Source: Bdellovibrionia bacterium (lineage in GTDB: Bacteria; Bdellovibrionota; Bdellovibrionia; Bdellovibrionales; JAGQZY01). From it: a DNA stretch of 64,000 nt. Location: contig JAUHWH010000002.1 of assembly GCA_030424715.1 (NCBI GenBank), positions 147,080-211,079 of the forward strand, given 5' to 3'. Numbering within the stretch: position 1 is the first letter of the stretch; each line of letters begins with the position of its first letter. Below are positions 35,608 through 45,875 of the stretch, one piece after another. The notes under the pieces are model-generated. The model made no database searches. It was not told the DNA's origin and saw only the letters and a program-made list of their open reading frames with translations. The position numbers and the translations under genes were made by a program.

Positions 35608-36527
35608 AACGCGCCACTATCCACAGTTAACTGCGGCTTTGGCCCCAAACTCAGCTTAGCAGCAGTCCCAAAAGGCAAAGGATGTTGGTTTTTACCATGC
35701 CCACTGGGCAAGCCCATCACAACCGGAAAGCTCTGTTGCTCAGCAAATAGTTTTAAATACTCGGGCACCCTGTTCTTACCATTGGGCTCATGCCCTTCGG
35801 TGAACTGTCCCAGAACCATCGCTTTTAAACCTCTGAACATCCCCAACTGCCTCATGTGTTCCAGCACGCGATCGATTTTGTAGGCCCGCTCCCCCACCTC
35901 TTCGAGGAAAAGAATGCGTCCTTTGGTTTGTAACTGATGATCGGTCCCGAACCCTGCTTGCAAAGTAATGAGGTTTCCCCCAACCACCTGACTGCGCAGA
36001 TGGCGAGTTTTCGAAGCGGGCCCGTTCAGCGGTTTCAAAGCAAAACTGAGACTGCGCTGGTTTCCAAAAAGAATATCGCGAAAGCGCTTTTTCTCTCCGG
36101 CAGTGGCAGTACCCAATGCGAATCGATCAATATTGCAACCGTGAATGGTTTGCCAATGCCACTTTTGAACAAAAAAGGTGTGGAGGGTCGTAATATCACT
36201 AAAACCCAAAAAGCACTTATTCTGTACCGGTCTCATTTTGTCTAAAGCATCTAAAAGGTGCAACGACCCATACCCGCCACGAAGACACCAGATCATTTTA
36301 GAATCTGTCGCCAACAGTGCCTTTTTTAAGTTCTTAAAACGGATCTCCGCGGAATTGGCGCACAACAGGTCTTTGCCCACAAGATCATCAGAAAAACGGC
36401 CTCGAAGGCCCCAGGAGCTTAAAAATTGCTCAACACCTTTTAAAGTGTGGGGTCTCGGCCGCCCGGCGGGCGCCACGACGTCCACAAGATCGCCTTTTTT
36501 TAGAACACCCCAACCCGACTGACTCAT
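35604..36527 (-). CDS. ldcA: LD-carboxypeptidase (peptidase S66, muramoyltetrapeptide carboxypeptidase LdcA)
   Basis: 307 aa. Motifs VDVVAPAG, CLRGGYGSLHLL (nucleophile Ser region) and a C-terminal GLPSGHG, typical of S66. Confidence 0.85.
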   Translation of the reverse strand: MSQSGWGVLKKGDLVDVVAPAGRPRPHTLKGVEQFLSSWGLRGRFSDDLVGKDLLCANSAEIRFKNLKKALLATDSKMIWCLRGGYGSLHLLDALDKMRPVQNKCFLGFSDITTLHTFFVQKWHWQTIHGCNIDRFALGTATAGEKKRFRDILFGNQRSLSFALKPLNGPASKTRHLRSQVVGGNLITLQAGFGTDHQLQTKGRILFLEEVGERAYKIDRVLEHMRQLGMFRGLKAMVLGQFTEGHEPNGKNRVPEYLKLFAEQQSFPVVMGLPSGHGKNQHPLPFGTAAKLSLGPKPQLTVDSGAL

Positions 36528-36623
36528 ACCGCTATTCTAGGGGAATTTTACTCACTGTCCAATAAAAATAGGGACGGCGACGGAACATTGCACTCCCCGC
36601 CCGGTTGTGGGAAGTTGCCTGTC

Positions 36624-37211
36624 ATGCTCGCCATCGATCAAATGATCTTTCATTTTATAAACTCCACTCTCAGCAATGATTTGTTTGATCAATGGATGCC
36701 GATCATCACCGATCTCCACAAAAACAAAACCTTTCTGACTTATGTTTTACCCGTGCTGTTATTGGTTTGGATCTACCGCAAACGCTGGCAGGTCCTGCCT
36801 GTCATGCTGGGGCTCGGTCTCTGTGTCGGAGTCATCGACAACTACTGTTACCGGGTTTTGAAGCCCCACTTTGAAAGAGAACGGCCGCCTGCTGTGGAAT
36901 CTGAAATCAATGTGCGCGTGGACCGCTATGCGGGCTACAGCTTCCCCTCGAACCATGCGGCTAATAATTTTGCTGGGGCCACCTTTTTAAGCTACTGCTA
37001 CCCCGCATTATCTGGCGTCTTTTACGGTGTTGCCGCGCTGGTGGCCCTCTCCCGAGTCTACGTGGGCGTGCATTATCCGGCGGATATCTTGGCGGGAGCC
37101 TTTCTTGGGGTGATTTTTGGACTTTTCTTTTTCAAATTCTGGTCCATAATTTTATTAGGAAGTAGCCGGCGTTGGCCGATCTTCTCGATGCCAAGATCAA
37201 AAAGAAAATAG
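36624..37211 (+). CDS. PAP2-family lipid phosphatase
   Basis: PAP2 motifs KxxxxxxRP (KPHFERERP), SFPSNH and SRVYVGVHYPADILAG. ATG at 36624 is preferred over the TTG at 36588. Confidence 0.8.
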   Translation: MLAIDQMIFHFINSTLSNDLFDQWMPIITDLHKNKTFLTYVLPVLLLVWIYRKRWQVLPVMLGLGLCVGVIDNYCYRVLKPHFERERPPAVESEINVRVDRYAGYSFPSNHAANNFAGATFLSYCYPALSGVFYGVAALVALSRVYVGVHYPADILAGAFLGVIFGLFFFKFWSIILLGSSRRWPIFSMPRSKRK

Positions 37212-37222
37212 ATGGGGTGACC

Positions 37223-38242
37223 ATGGTTCTTGATACAGACAAACTCAAAGAAAAGACAGCCAAAGAGTGGGCGCAAGTTGTGGCCCGATACAAACGACCC
37301 AGCCACGCGCGCAGCATTTTTGAAATTGCCGTCACTTGCATCCCCTTTGTGGGCCTTTGGTTGCTTGCGGTTTATTTTTATTACTACAGCTACTGGCTCT
37401 CCTTACTGTTCATCATTCCAGCGGCTTTCTTTTTGGTTCGCCTGTTCGCCATTCAACATGACTGTGGCCACGGCACATTATTTCGCTACAAGGCCGCCAA
37501 CGACTGGGTGGGGCGCGTGCTCGGTGTTTTTACATTCACCCCTTACGAGGTTTGGAAGCGCGACCATGCGGCCCATCACTCAACCTCTGGCAATCTTTCA
37601 CAACGGGGTTACGGAGACATCACCACTCTAACCATTGAGGAGTATCAACAACTCTCGCTCAAAGGACGATTCGCTTACAAACTGTACCGGAGCCCACTGG
37701 TTCTTTTTCTTTTTGGCCCCACCTATCTGTTTGTCATTCGACAACGTTTACCCATTGGTCGCATGAAAGAGTTTAAAGCGTGGATTAGTGCCATGGGCAC
37801 CAATCTGTTTATTGCGGCCATTGTCCTGACACTGCTTTACACGATCGGTACTGGCGCCTTCTTTTTGGTCCACATGCCCATCGTGATTCTGGCGGGCACC
37901 TTAGGTGTCTGGCTCTTCTACGTGCAACACCAGTTCGAGAACACCCACTGGGAGCACCAAGACACCTGGAACCCCCAGCACGCCGCCCTTTATGGCAGCT
38001 CCCATTACGACTTGCCCCTGCCTTTGCGCTGGGCCACGGCCAATATTGGGGCTCACCATATTCATCATTTGCACAGCCGCATCCCCTACTACCGCTTGCC
38101 AAAAATATTAAAGGATCACCCCCAACTGAAAGACATGGGGCGCATCACGCTTTGGCAAAGTCTCAAATGCGTAAACTTGCATCTGTGGGATGAGGCCAAC
38201 AAAAAGCTAGTCTCCTTTCGCGAACGCCGAAAAAAAGTCTAA
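37223..38242 (+). CDS. Membrane fatty acid desaturase
   Basis: Three His boxes (HDCGH, HAAHH, HHIHHLH) with the expected TM spacing. ATG at 37223. Confidence 0.85.
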   Translation: MVLDTDKLKEKTAKEWAQVVARYKRPSHARSIFEIAVTCIPFVGLWLLAVYFYYYSYWLSLLFIIPAAFFLVRLFAIQHDCGHGTLFRYKAANDWVGRVLGVFTFTPYEVWKRDHAAHHSTSGNLSQRGYGDITTLTIEEYQQLSLKGRFAYKLYRSPLVLFLFGPTYLFVIRQRLPIGRMKEFKAWISAMGTNLFIAAIVLTLLYTIGTGAFFLVHMPIVILAGTLGVWLFYVQHQFENTHWEHQDTWNPQHAALYGSSHYDLPLPLRWATANIGAHHIHHLHSRIPYYRLPKILKDHPQLKDMGRITLWQSLKCVNLHLWDEANKKLVSFRERRKKV

Positions 38243-38361
38243 AATAAATTAGATTCCCCGCTGTGCCTCCTTCGGTGTCTTATCTGTAGATTTTACAGCA
38301 AGGGTGCCTATTCTCGACGCATTGTAGTATTAGATTTGAAAACCATCACACAGGAGACCGA

Positions 38362-38727
38362 ATGAAATCTTTAGTTTTTGGAGTACTTGCCAGCCTATTT
38401 TCTTTAAATGCCCTGGCCATCGATTGCCATGGAACCGAGCCTTTTTGGGCAGCGGAAGTTGCTGACGACAAAGTGGTTCTTGAAGGCCCCGGCTATGAGC
38501 CGGCTTTAACCCTACCCGTTACCAATGTTTCGGGTGCTGCTGGTTACACGGCTTCCTTCTTACAAGTTTTTTCTAACAACAATGGTCAAGTTGCCATGGT
38601 GACTTCTAATGAATGCAACAACGGAATGAGCGATCACATCTTTCCAAACGAAGTTTATATCTTTACCGGATCAACCACTCTGTACGGTTGCTGTGGAGAA
38701 GGTGTCATCGTCGGCCCAGGAAACTAA
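38362..38727 (+). CDS. Small secreted hypothetical protein (Cys-containing, CxGTEPFW motif)
   Basis: 121 aa. Signal peptide MKSLVFGVLASLFSLNALA. The mature part starts IDCHGTEPFWAAEV and ends LYGCCGEG. Confidence 0.55.
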   Translation: MKSLVFGVLASLFSLNALAIDCHGTEPFWAAEVADDKVVLEGPGYEPALTLPVTNVSGAAGYTASFLQVFSNNNGQVAMVTSNECNNGMSDHIFPNEVYIFTGSTTLYGCCGEGVIVGPGN

Positions 38728-38750
38728 AAAATAATTTTTATGACGATTTC

Positions 38751-38783
38751 AAAAAGGCCACATCGCGTGGCCTTTTTTTGTTT
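38751..38783. terminator. Bidirectional Rho-independent terminator between convergent genes
   Basis: aaaaaggccac-atcgc-gtggccttttt, flanked by A-run and T-run. It sits between the 38727 (+) stop and the purF (-) stop at 38784. Confidence 0.75.
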
Positions 38784-40187
38784 TTAATAAACGGGCGTGG
38801 GGTACTTGTCGGTGAAGCAGGCCGCACAGTATTTTTCGGACTCTTGGTCGTCGACCGCTTTCATCAAGCCCTCCATACTAACGTATTTTAAAGTGTCAGC
38901 GCCGATGTACTTGCGAATCTCTTCGTTGGAGTGACTGCTAGCAATCAACTGATCTTTACTGGGCGTGTCCACACCATAATAACAAGGGCCAATAGTGGGT
39001 GGAGCGGCAATCCGCATGTGAACTTCTTTGGCGCCGAAGGCCCGCACTAAGTTAATGATCTTTTGCGAGGTGGTTCCTCGAACCAAAGAGTCATCGACCA
39101 CAATAATTTTTTTACCTTTTAAGATGGCCTCTTGGGGATTGAGCTTCACCTTTACCCCAAAGTTGCGAATGCTCTGCTTGGGTTCAATAAAGGTTCGCCC
39201 CACATAGTGGTTGCGAATAATACCCAACTCGAACGGCAAACCGCTTTGCTGAGAGTAACCGATGGCGGCTGGCACGCCACTGTCAGGGACAGGGATCACC
39301 AGGTCGGCATTCATGTCGCCATCTTCGATGGCCAAATGACACCCCAGTTTCTTACGAGTCTCGTAGACGCTGTTGCCAAAAACAACAGAATCAGGGCGAG
39401 AAAAATACACATGCTCAAACACGCACTGGCTTTTTTGCTTCGGGACATCTTCTAGAAAAAAGGAGCCCTCTTCTTTGTCGTTACAATAGTAAATCTCACC
39501 GGGTTCGATCTCGCGAATGAATTTGGCGCCGATGAGGTCAAAGGCACAGGTCTCCGATGACACCACTTTGGCTTTCCCACCGTTGACTTCAATCTCTCCG
39601 AGGACCAAGGGCCGAAAGCCTTGGGGGTCCCGAGCGGCGATCAACTGCTTGTCGGTTAGCATAACCATGGAGAAGGCTCCCTCCAACTTGGGGAGTTCTT
39701 CTTTCAGACAGGTCAGCATATCGGAGTTCTCATTGCGTGCGATCAGATGCAAAAAAAGTTCGGTGTCGTTCGTCCCTTGAAAAATGGAGCCCATTTTTTT
39801 TAGGCTTTCACGCAACGGCTTGGAATTAATGATATTACCGTTATGGGCAATGGAAACGGGACCGTTATAGAGATTGGCTTTCAATGGTTGAATATTATAC
39901 TTCTCGTTGGCTCCAGTTGTGGAATAACGGTTGTGGCCGATGGAGGCTTGGCCCTTTAAGCTATCCAACACCTCTTCACTGAAGACGTCCGCCACCAAGC
40001 CGTGGGCTTTGTGTAAAAGATGCTGGCCTTCATGAAGGCTGACGATCCCCGCGGCCTCTTGCCCCCGATGCTGGAGAGCGTACAAGCCCAGATAAGAGAG
40101 GCGACTGGCCTCCGGGTGATTCCAAATACCGAAGACGGCACATTCTTCACGAAAGCCGTGGGAATGCTTTTGTCCATGAACTTGCAT
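38784..40187 (-). CDS. purF: Amidophosphoribosyltransferase PurF
   Basis: A propeptide is followed by the catalytic Cys (…[12 protein letters not shown]). Ntn-glutaminase domain plus PRTase motif [12 protein letters not shown]. The ATG at 40187 (MQVHGQK...) overlaps the purL 3' end by 41 nt. Confidence 0.9.
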   Translation of the reverse strand: MQVHGQKHSHGFREECAVFGIWNHPEASRLSYLGLYALQHRGQEAAGIVSLHEGQHLLHKAHGLVADVFSEEVLDSLKGQASIGHNRYSTTGANEKYNIQPLKANLYNGPVSIAHNGNIINSKPLRESLKKMGSIFQGTNDTELFLHLIARNENSDMLTCLKEELPKLEGAFSMVMLTDKQLIAARDPQGFRPLVLGEIEVNGGKAKVVSSETCAFDLIGAKFIREIEPGEIYYCNDKEEGSFFLEDVPKQKSQCVFEHVYFSRPDSVVFGNSVYETRKKLGCHLAIEDGDMNADLVIPVPDSGVPAAIGYSQQSGLPFELGIIRNHYVGRTFIEPKQSIRNFGVKVKLNPQEAILKGKKIIVVDDSLVRGTTSQKIINLVRAFGAKEVHMRIAAPPTIGPCYYGVDTPSKDQLIASSHSNEEIRKYIGADTLKYVSMEGLMKAVDDQESEKYCAACFTDKYPTPVY

Positions 40188-42309
40188 AGGACTCCTTAAT
40201 GTCTCTTGTTGAGAGATCCAAATCATTCCAAATGAGTCGATCACCAGTGACCACACCGATGACAGTGGCGTCGATGTTGTGACTGGCCAAAGACGACAGC
40301 AGTCGCTCTTTTTGAGTGTCTGCCACGGTCAGAACCACCTGATAAAGGGGCTCAAGACCGGCGGGACCATCCCACTGAATTCGAGCACCCAGGCCCCGAT
40401 CCAAAGTCATACGGCTTAGGGTGTAAGCCAAACCGAAATTACCAACGATTCTCGAGGCGGTGACGTCGAGACTGTTGACGACCTGGGCAAAGTTTTTTGT
40501 GTCTTGTGCGAGTTTGGCAAGCTCCGTGTCGAAAAAGAACTGCCCTTGTTTGTTTTGGTTCTCCCAGAGCAGTCCCTGACTGCAGCCCTTTGCCAAGGTC
40601 ACTAACACAACCGAGTTGCCTTCGCTGGTAAAACCCGAGGCCGGAATATTATCGATCGAGGGACGCAGCCCCACTAAACCGGTGCTCGGAGTGGGTGAAA
40701 CCCCTTTGTCCAAGGTTTCATTGTAGAAACTCACGTTGCCACTAATAATCGGCGCCACAAAAGCTTCACAGGCCTTGTTCATGCCATCAAGAGCGGCGAC
40801 AAACTCGGTCATCACCTCTTTCTTTTCAGGGTTGCCGAAGTTTAAACAATCGGTGGTCGCAAGGGCTTCAAAGCCTTTTGATGCCAGTTCAATGGCAGGA
40901 TACGCGATAGAGTCCATCCCACCGAGCCAAGCGTCTTGTCGCATGATATGGGGGCGACAACCGAGAACCACGCCAAGGGCTCGTCCAGACGGTAAGGCCA
41001 CAGCACCCACAGGGTTACTGCAGTCCTGGGCCGTGTTGGCACCCACACGTTGATCGTATTGTTTGTAAACCCAACTTTTATCACCCCCCGTGACGTGGGA
41101 CAGGGTCGCTAGTAGCGATTCATTGTTCACATCCCCATCGGAGATTTCACCGTGCTCACTGCGAGTGGCCGAGGTCCATGGATTAAAGGGGCGCTCGTAT
41201 TGGGGCGCATTGTCCACCACCATCTTGGGACTCATTTCTGTTAAGGTCTCCCCTTTCCAGATCAAGCGCACCACAGGGTCTTCAATGACTTCACCGACTG
41301 CGACGGCATCAAGACCCCAACGATGAAAGATGTCTTGCAAAGGTTTTAACTTCTCTGGCTTGCAAATAAGGAGCATGCGCTCTTGGCTCTCTGACAATAG
41401 GACATCTTCAGGAGTCATGGTTTCGTCGCGCAGAGGAACGTGATCGAGGTTGAGTGTGATCCCGATACTGCCCTTGTCCGCCATTTCAAAGCCAGAGCTG
41501 GTGAGGCCTGCGGCCCCCATGTCTTGAATGGCCACCACAAGATCTTGTTTCATCACCTCTAAGCAAGACTCAATCAACAGTTTCTCGAAAAAGGGGTCAC
41601 CAATCTGTACCGTAGGGCGCTTGCTCTCGGAGTCTTCGTCGAACGATTCACTGGCCATACTGGCACCATGAACGCCATCGCGCCCGGTTTTAGCCCCCAC
41701 ATAGACCACCAAGTTACCAACGCCTTTGGCTTGCGACAGACAAATGGGGTCGTCTTTCGTAAAAAGACCCACGGCCATAGCGTTCACTAAAATATTGCCA
41801 TCGTAGGATTCGTGAAAATTGGTCTGTCCCGACACCGTCGGAACACCGACGCAATTGCCGTAACCGCCAATACCTCGGACCACTCCATCGACCAATTCTG
41901 ACATTCTATCGGCCGTCGGCTTACCAAAACAAAGATAGTTCGCCAGCGCGATGGGGCGCGCGCCCATGGTGAAGATGTCACGTAATATTCCACCCACCCC
42001 AGTAGCAGCGCCTTGATAAGGCTCGATAAAACTGGGGTGATTGTGGCTTTCCATTTTAAAAGCCACTTTTTCGTCTTCACCGAGATCCACGATCCCGGCG
42101 TTTTCACCAAAGCTTTGTAAGACCCGCTCGGATTGGCTGAATAATTTTTTTAAATGAACTTTTGAACTTTTATAGGAGCAGTGCTCACTCCATAGAGCCG
42201 AGAAAACCGCCCACTCAACGCCTTGTGGCTCTCGCCCCAGCAACTCAGTGATTCTCGCGTATTCGGTCTCGTTGATTCGATAGAGTTTGAGTTTTTCTTG
42301 TAGAGTCAT
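40147..42309 (-). CDS. purL: Phosphoribosylformylglycinamidine synthase subunit PurL
   Basis: 720 aa. Motifs [17 protein letters not shown] and [14 protein letters not shown], typical of small PurL. Confidence 0.95.
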   Translation of the reverse strand: MTLQEKLKLYRINETEYARITELLGREPQGVEWAVFSALWSEHCSYKSSKVHLKKLFSQSERVLQSFGENAGIVDLGEDEKVAFKMESHNHPSFIEPYQGAATGVGGILRDIFTMGARPIALANYLCFGKPTADRMSELVDGVVRGIGGYGNCVGVPTVSGQTNFHESYDGNILVNAMAVGLFTKDDPICLSQAKGVGNLVVYVGAKTGRDGVHGASMASESFDEDSESKRPTVQIGDPFFEKLLIESCLEVMKQDLVVAIQDMGAAGLTSSGFEMADKGSIGITLNLDHVPLRDETMTPEDVLLSESQERMLLICKPEKLKPLQDIFHRWGLDAVAVGEVIEDPVVRLIWKGETLTEMSPKMVVDNAPQYERPFNPWTSATRSEHGEISDGDVNNESLLATLSHVTGGDKSWVYKQYDQRVGANTAQDCSNPVGAVALPSGRALGVVLGCRPHIMRQDAWLGGMDSIAYPAIELASKGFEALATTDCLNFGNPEKKEVMTEFVAALDGMNKACEAFVAPIISGNVSFYNETLDKGVSPTPSTGLVGLRPSIDNIPASGFTSEGNSVVLVTLAKGCSQGLLWENQNKQGQFFFDTELAKLAQDTKNFAQVVNSLDVTASRIVGNFGLAYTLSRMTLDRGLGARIQWDGPAGLEPLYQVVLTVADTQKERLLSSLASHNIDATVIGVVTGDRLIWNDLDLSTRDIKESYASSWTKAFPRLS

Positions 42310-42959
42310 GCTTCACCCGTCCAATCGAAAAATTGTAGGCCGTCCGTGCTTCCCATCCATTCAAATAGAGCACGATCTGGATGAGGCATCATTCCCACCA
42401 CATTGCCTCGCTCGTTCATAACACCGGCGATGTCGGCCACCGAACCATTGGGATTGTTGGTATAAGTGAGCCAAACTTGGCCTTTGTCTTTAAGGTCCTT
42501 GAGTCCTTCTTCGTTTATAAAGAAGCGACCATCGGCATGAGCCATGGGCATACGAAAAGACTCACCCACTTTTGCTGGGGTCCAACCGCTTTTGTTTTCT
42601 AGTTTCAGTGTGACCCACTGATCAATGAATCGCCCATTTTCGTTACGCATCAGTGCACCAGGGAGCATACCGGCTTCGCAGAGAATCTGAAAGCCATTGC
42701 AAATACCGAAGATGGGTTTGCCTTGAGCATCGGCCTTTTTAAGACTTGTCATTGCTGGACTGAGGGCTGCTAAGGCACCTGATCTCAGGTAGTCACCGTA
42801 ACTGAATCCGCCGGGTACTAAAAAGGCGTCGAAGTCCTCTGGACTGAATTCGTCTTGGTACCAAATCCACTGGGGCGTATGGCCCTTGAGTTCGATGGAC
42901 TTCCAGATATCGCGATCACAATTGGTTCCGGGAAACCGAAGAACACCCACCCGACTCAT
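42306..42959 (-). CDS. purQ: Phosphoribosylformylglycinamidine synthase glutaminase subunit PurQ
   Basis: 217 aa. GFSYGDYLR, the nucleophile motif GICNGFQ and MPHPDR. 4-nt overlaps on both sides. Confidence 0.95.
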   Translation of the reverse strand: MSRVGVLRFPGTNCDRDIWKSIELKGHTPQWIWYQDEFSPEDFDAFLVPGGFSYGDYLRSGALAALSPAMTSLKKADAQGKPIFGICNGFQILCEAGMLPGALMRNENGRFIDQWVTLKLENKSGWTPAKVGESFRMPMAHADGRFFINEEGLKDLKDKGQVWLTYTNNPNGSVADIAGVMNERGNVVGMMPHPDRALFEWMGSTDGLQFFDWTGEA

Positions 42960-43192
42960 AGTTTTTCCAATTGATAGTTTTCAATCAAGGGGTTGTAGAG
43001 CCCTTTCTCGGCCATGGCCGTTGCCATCTTTTCACCCTCGGCAGGGTTTGAGGCATTGACCTCGAGAACGATGTACTTACCCACATGACACTCAGAAAGA
43101 TCGAAGCCGTGGCTCTGTAGCGTGCTTTGCACCGCTCGCCCTTGAGTGTCGAGAACTTCAGGTTTTGGCAATACTTTTAAAGCAAATTTCAT
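42956..43192 (-). CDS. purS: Phosphoribosylformylglycinamidine synthase subunit PurS
   Basis: 78 aa. VLPKPEVLDTQGRAV...NPLIENY is typical of PurS. Confidence 0.9.
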   Translation of the reverse strand: MKFALKVLPKPEVLDTQGRAVQSTLQSHGFDLSECHVGKYIVLEVNASNPAEGEKMATAMAEKGLYNPLIENYQLEKL

Positions 43193-43198
43193 GGGTCC

Positions 43199-43918
43199 CT
43201 ACTTTGTTAATCGGTTTAACACTTCTTGATAATTCTCGAGCACATCGCCCAAGTCTCGACGAAATCGATCTTTGTCCATTTTTTCGTTGGTTTGTTTGTC
43301 CCAAAGGCGGCAACTGTCTGGTGAGATCTCATCACCCAACAAGATTTCACCAGCACTGTCGTAGCCAAACTCCAATTTGAAATCGATCAAACGGATGCCA
43401 GCCTCATCAAACATTTTTAACATCACCGCGTTCACTTGCAGAGCTCGGTCTTTAAGCTTTTGCAAATCGCTGTCGTGGCGCACTGTTTTTAGAAGAAGAG
43501 CTTGATCATCACTGATGAAGGGATCACCCAACTCATCTTTCTTGTAGTAAAACTCAACCAGTGGTTTCTCTAGAGCGGTGCCTTCGGCCATCCCCAATTT
43601 CTTGGCCGTGGAGCCCGCAAGCACATTGCGCACCACCACTTCAAGATCGATCATCTCCAATTTCTGGGTGATCATGTGAATGTCTCCGGAGTCAGCAACC
43701 CAATGCGACGGGATCTTCTGGTCTTTGAGTTTTTGAAAGATCAAAGAGGCAATGGCGCGATTGATTTGCCCCTTGCCTTTCATCTCGGCTTTTTTTTCAC
43801 CGTTAAAAGCGGTGAAGGAATCTTTAAACTCTTGCCATATCAATTGCGACTCACCTGACACATTAAAAATGCGTTTCGCTTTGCCTTCGTAAAGCAACTC
43901 TCCTTGCGTGTGACTCAT
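43199..43918 (-). CDS. purC: SAICAR synthetase PurC
   Basis: 239 aa. Motifs LYEGKAKRIF, EVVVRN and DKDRFRRDLG. Confidence 0.95.
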   Translation of the reverse strand: MSHTQGELLYEGKAKRIFNVSGESQLIWQEFKDSFTAFNGEKKAEMKGKGQINRAIASLIFQKLKDQKIPSHWVADSGDIHMITQKLEMIDLEVVVRNVLAGSTAKKLGMAEGTALEKPLVEFYYKKDELGDPFISDDQALLLKTVRHDSDLQKLKDRALQVNAVMLKMFDEAGIRLIDFKLEFGYDSAGEILLGDEISPDSCRLWDKQTNEKMDKDRFRRDLGDVLENYQEVLNRLTK

Positions 43919-45204
43919 TGCAAGGCTCCTTTCATAACTTCTTCAACCTGGGCCAGATGACGTTGCCCGGAGAAGATTTCATCAATCACTTTTTGATCAA
44001 AAAAGTCTTTGGTCTCTGGGTGCAGCAACAGCTGATCTCTTAAATGCTGACCGGGCTCCAATTGATGGGACACGCTTTGGGCCTTTTTATAAGCCTCTTC
44101 ACGGGACAAGCCTTGATCCACCATATGCAATAACAGATGGGAGCTGAACAGTTGGCCCTGGGATAGTTCCATGTTGGCGAGCATTCGCTCGGCATTCACG
44201 TCAAGATTTTCAACCACACCCGCCATCCGGTGGAGAGCGTAGTCACAGAGAATAAATGCGTCGGGAAAAATCACTCGCTCCACCGAAGAATGAGAAATAT
44301 CACGCTCATGCCACAACGCCATATTCTCCATGGCCGACAAACAGTAAGAGCGCAGCAATCGTGCACAGCCCGTGATGTTCTCCGAACTGATGGGATTTTT
44401 TTTGTGAGGCATGGCACTGGAGCCTTTTTGTCCTTTGCTAAAGCCTTCGTAGGCTTCGGCCACTTCGTTGCGCTGCAAATGGCGAAACTCAACAGCCAAA
44501 CGCTCGAGAGCACCACCCATCAGCGCTAAACATGAAAACAGTTCGGCGTGGCGATCTCGCGGAATCACTTGGGTGGCCACTGTTTCCGGTTTTAGGTTCA
44601 AATATTCACAAACCTTTTTCTCCACGTCGGGCTTTAAAAACGAGTAGGTCCCCACCGCACCACTAAGCTTGCCGATGGCCATATTCTCCATAGCGGCGTG
44701 AAAACGCTTTTCGTGACGAGCAAACTCGGCGTAGAAGCCCGCGAGCTTTAAACCAAAAGTCGTCGGCTCTGCATGCATCCCGTGGGTTCGGCCGGAGCAT
44801 ATGGTGCCCTTGTGCTCAAGCGCTTTGGATTTTAAAGATTTCATCAAAGCATGCAGAGAGGACAACAGCACTGGCCCGGCTTTGCCGACCTGCACACTCA
44901 AGGCTGTGTCCAGCGCATCTGAGCTGGTCATCCCATAATGCAGGTAGCGCCCCTCAGGGCCGACGTTTTCTGCCATATTGGAAACAAAAGCGATGATGTC
45001 ATGTTTGGTTTGTTTTTCGATTTCTAAGATACGGTCGATTTGAAAGTCGGCTTTTTCAGCGATCACTGGATAAGCGGCAGCGGGAATGATGCCGAGCTCG
45101 GCCTGGGCTCTCGCAACCGCGAGTTCCACATCTTTGAGACACTCGAATCGAGCCTCTTGGCTCCAGAGCTGCCCCATCTCCATTCTTGTGTAACGTTGGA
45201 TCAC
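43915..45204 (-). CDS. purB: Adenylosuccinate lyase PurB
   Basis: The GTG at 45202-45204 is preceded by AAGGAG with a 6-nt spacer and gives VIQRYTRMEMGQLWS. Fumarate-lyase signature GSSAMPHKKNP. The track start (45246) is likely too long. Confidence 0.95.
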   Translation of the reverse strand: MIQRYTRMEMGQLWSQEARFECLKDVELAVARAQAELGIIPAAAYPVIAEKADFQIDRILEIEKQTKHDIIAFVSNMAENVGPEGRYLHYGMTSSDALDTALSVQVGKAGPVLLSSLHALMKSLKSKALEHKGTICSGRTHGMHAEPTTFGLKLAGFYAEFARHEKRFHAAMENMAIGKLSGAVGTYSFLKPDVEKKVCEYLNLKPETVATQVIPRDRHAELFSCLALMGGALERLAVEFRHLQRNEVAEAYEGFSKGQKGSSAMPHKKNPISSENITGCARLLRSYCLSAMENMALWHERDISHSSVERVIFPDAFILCDYALHRMAGVVENLDVNAERMLANMELSQGQLFSSHLLLHMVDQGLSREEAYKKAQSVSHQLEPGQHLRDQLLLHPETKDFFDQKVIDEIFSGQRHLAQVEEVMKGALQ

Positions 45205-45332
45205 AAGAATCTCCTTTTTTGTAATTTTACCCTCTCTACATAACAAAAAGAGGTCTTAAAAGAAACGAAAGATATTTTGCCTGTGTGAAATTTTCAAAAA
45301 ACTTCCACGTCTCAGAACCGCTTAGAAAAGCG

Positions 45333-45875
45333 TCAGTGGAGTTGGTCAATCCAGGCTTGCACAAGCTCGTGCTCTTTGGCGTGAGTGCGCTCGATGACCG
45401 CCTCTAAATCCATATTAACCACAGCCTCTTTTGAGACAGCACAGTCTTGTAAGACTATGTCACCGGCATCGACGGCAGCGACAACATGATGAATCGTGAC
45501 GCCAACGGCCTCTCCATCGGCATGGGCCCGCTCAATGGCTCGCAAGCCTTTGTAGTTTGGCAATAAGGAGGGATGCAAATTAAACAGTCGCCCATGCCAC
45601 TTTTCCACAAACGATGCTGGGACAATTTTCATAAATCCAGCAAGAAAGATTTTATCAATATTTCGCGACTCAAGAGCCTCGTGCAACGCCTGCCAATCGA
45701 TGTTTTTGGGTAGGACATGGGACTCTACTCCGTGGTTGGAGGCCCGAGTGAGACCGTGGGCCTCGGCGTTGGAGCTCACCACCCATAGGCTTTGAAATTG
45801 CTGTTTGTTTTGCAAAAAAACTTCAAGATTGGAACCATGGCCCGAAACAAAAACCGCCAGGTTGATTGAGCTCAT
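45333..45875 (-). CDS. purN: Phosphoribosylglycinamide formyltransferase PurN
   Basis: 180 aa. Motifs LAVFVSGHGSNL, AGFMKI and NLHPSLLP. Confidence 0.9.
   Translation of the reverse strand: MSSINLAVFVSGHGSNLEVFLQNKQQFQSLWVVSSNAEAHGLTRASNHGVESHVLPKNIDWQALHEALESRNIDKIFLAGFMKIVPASFVEKWHGRLFNLHPSLLPNYKGLRAIERAHADGEAVGVTIHHVVAAVDAGDIVLQDCAVSKEAVVNMDLEAVIERTHAKEHELVQAWIDQLH

Noticed and set aside
45205-45332. A possible purine or ZTP riboswitch in the purN-purB gap, and upstream of purM (46889-46991).
   Set aside because: I could not find the conserved purine-riboswitch three-way-junction core or the ZTP pfl motif by eye. Only an RBS (AAGGAG) is evident. A covariance-model scan would be needed to be sure.
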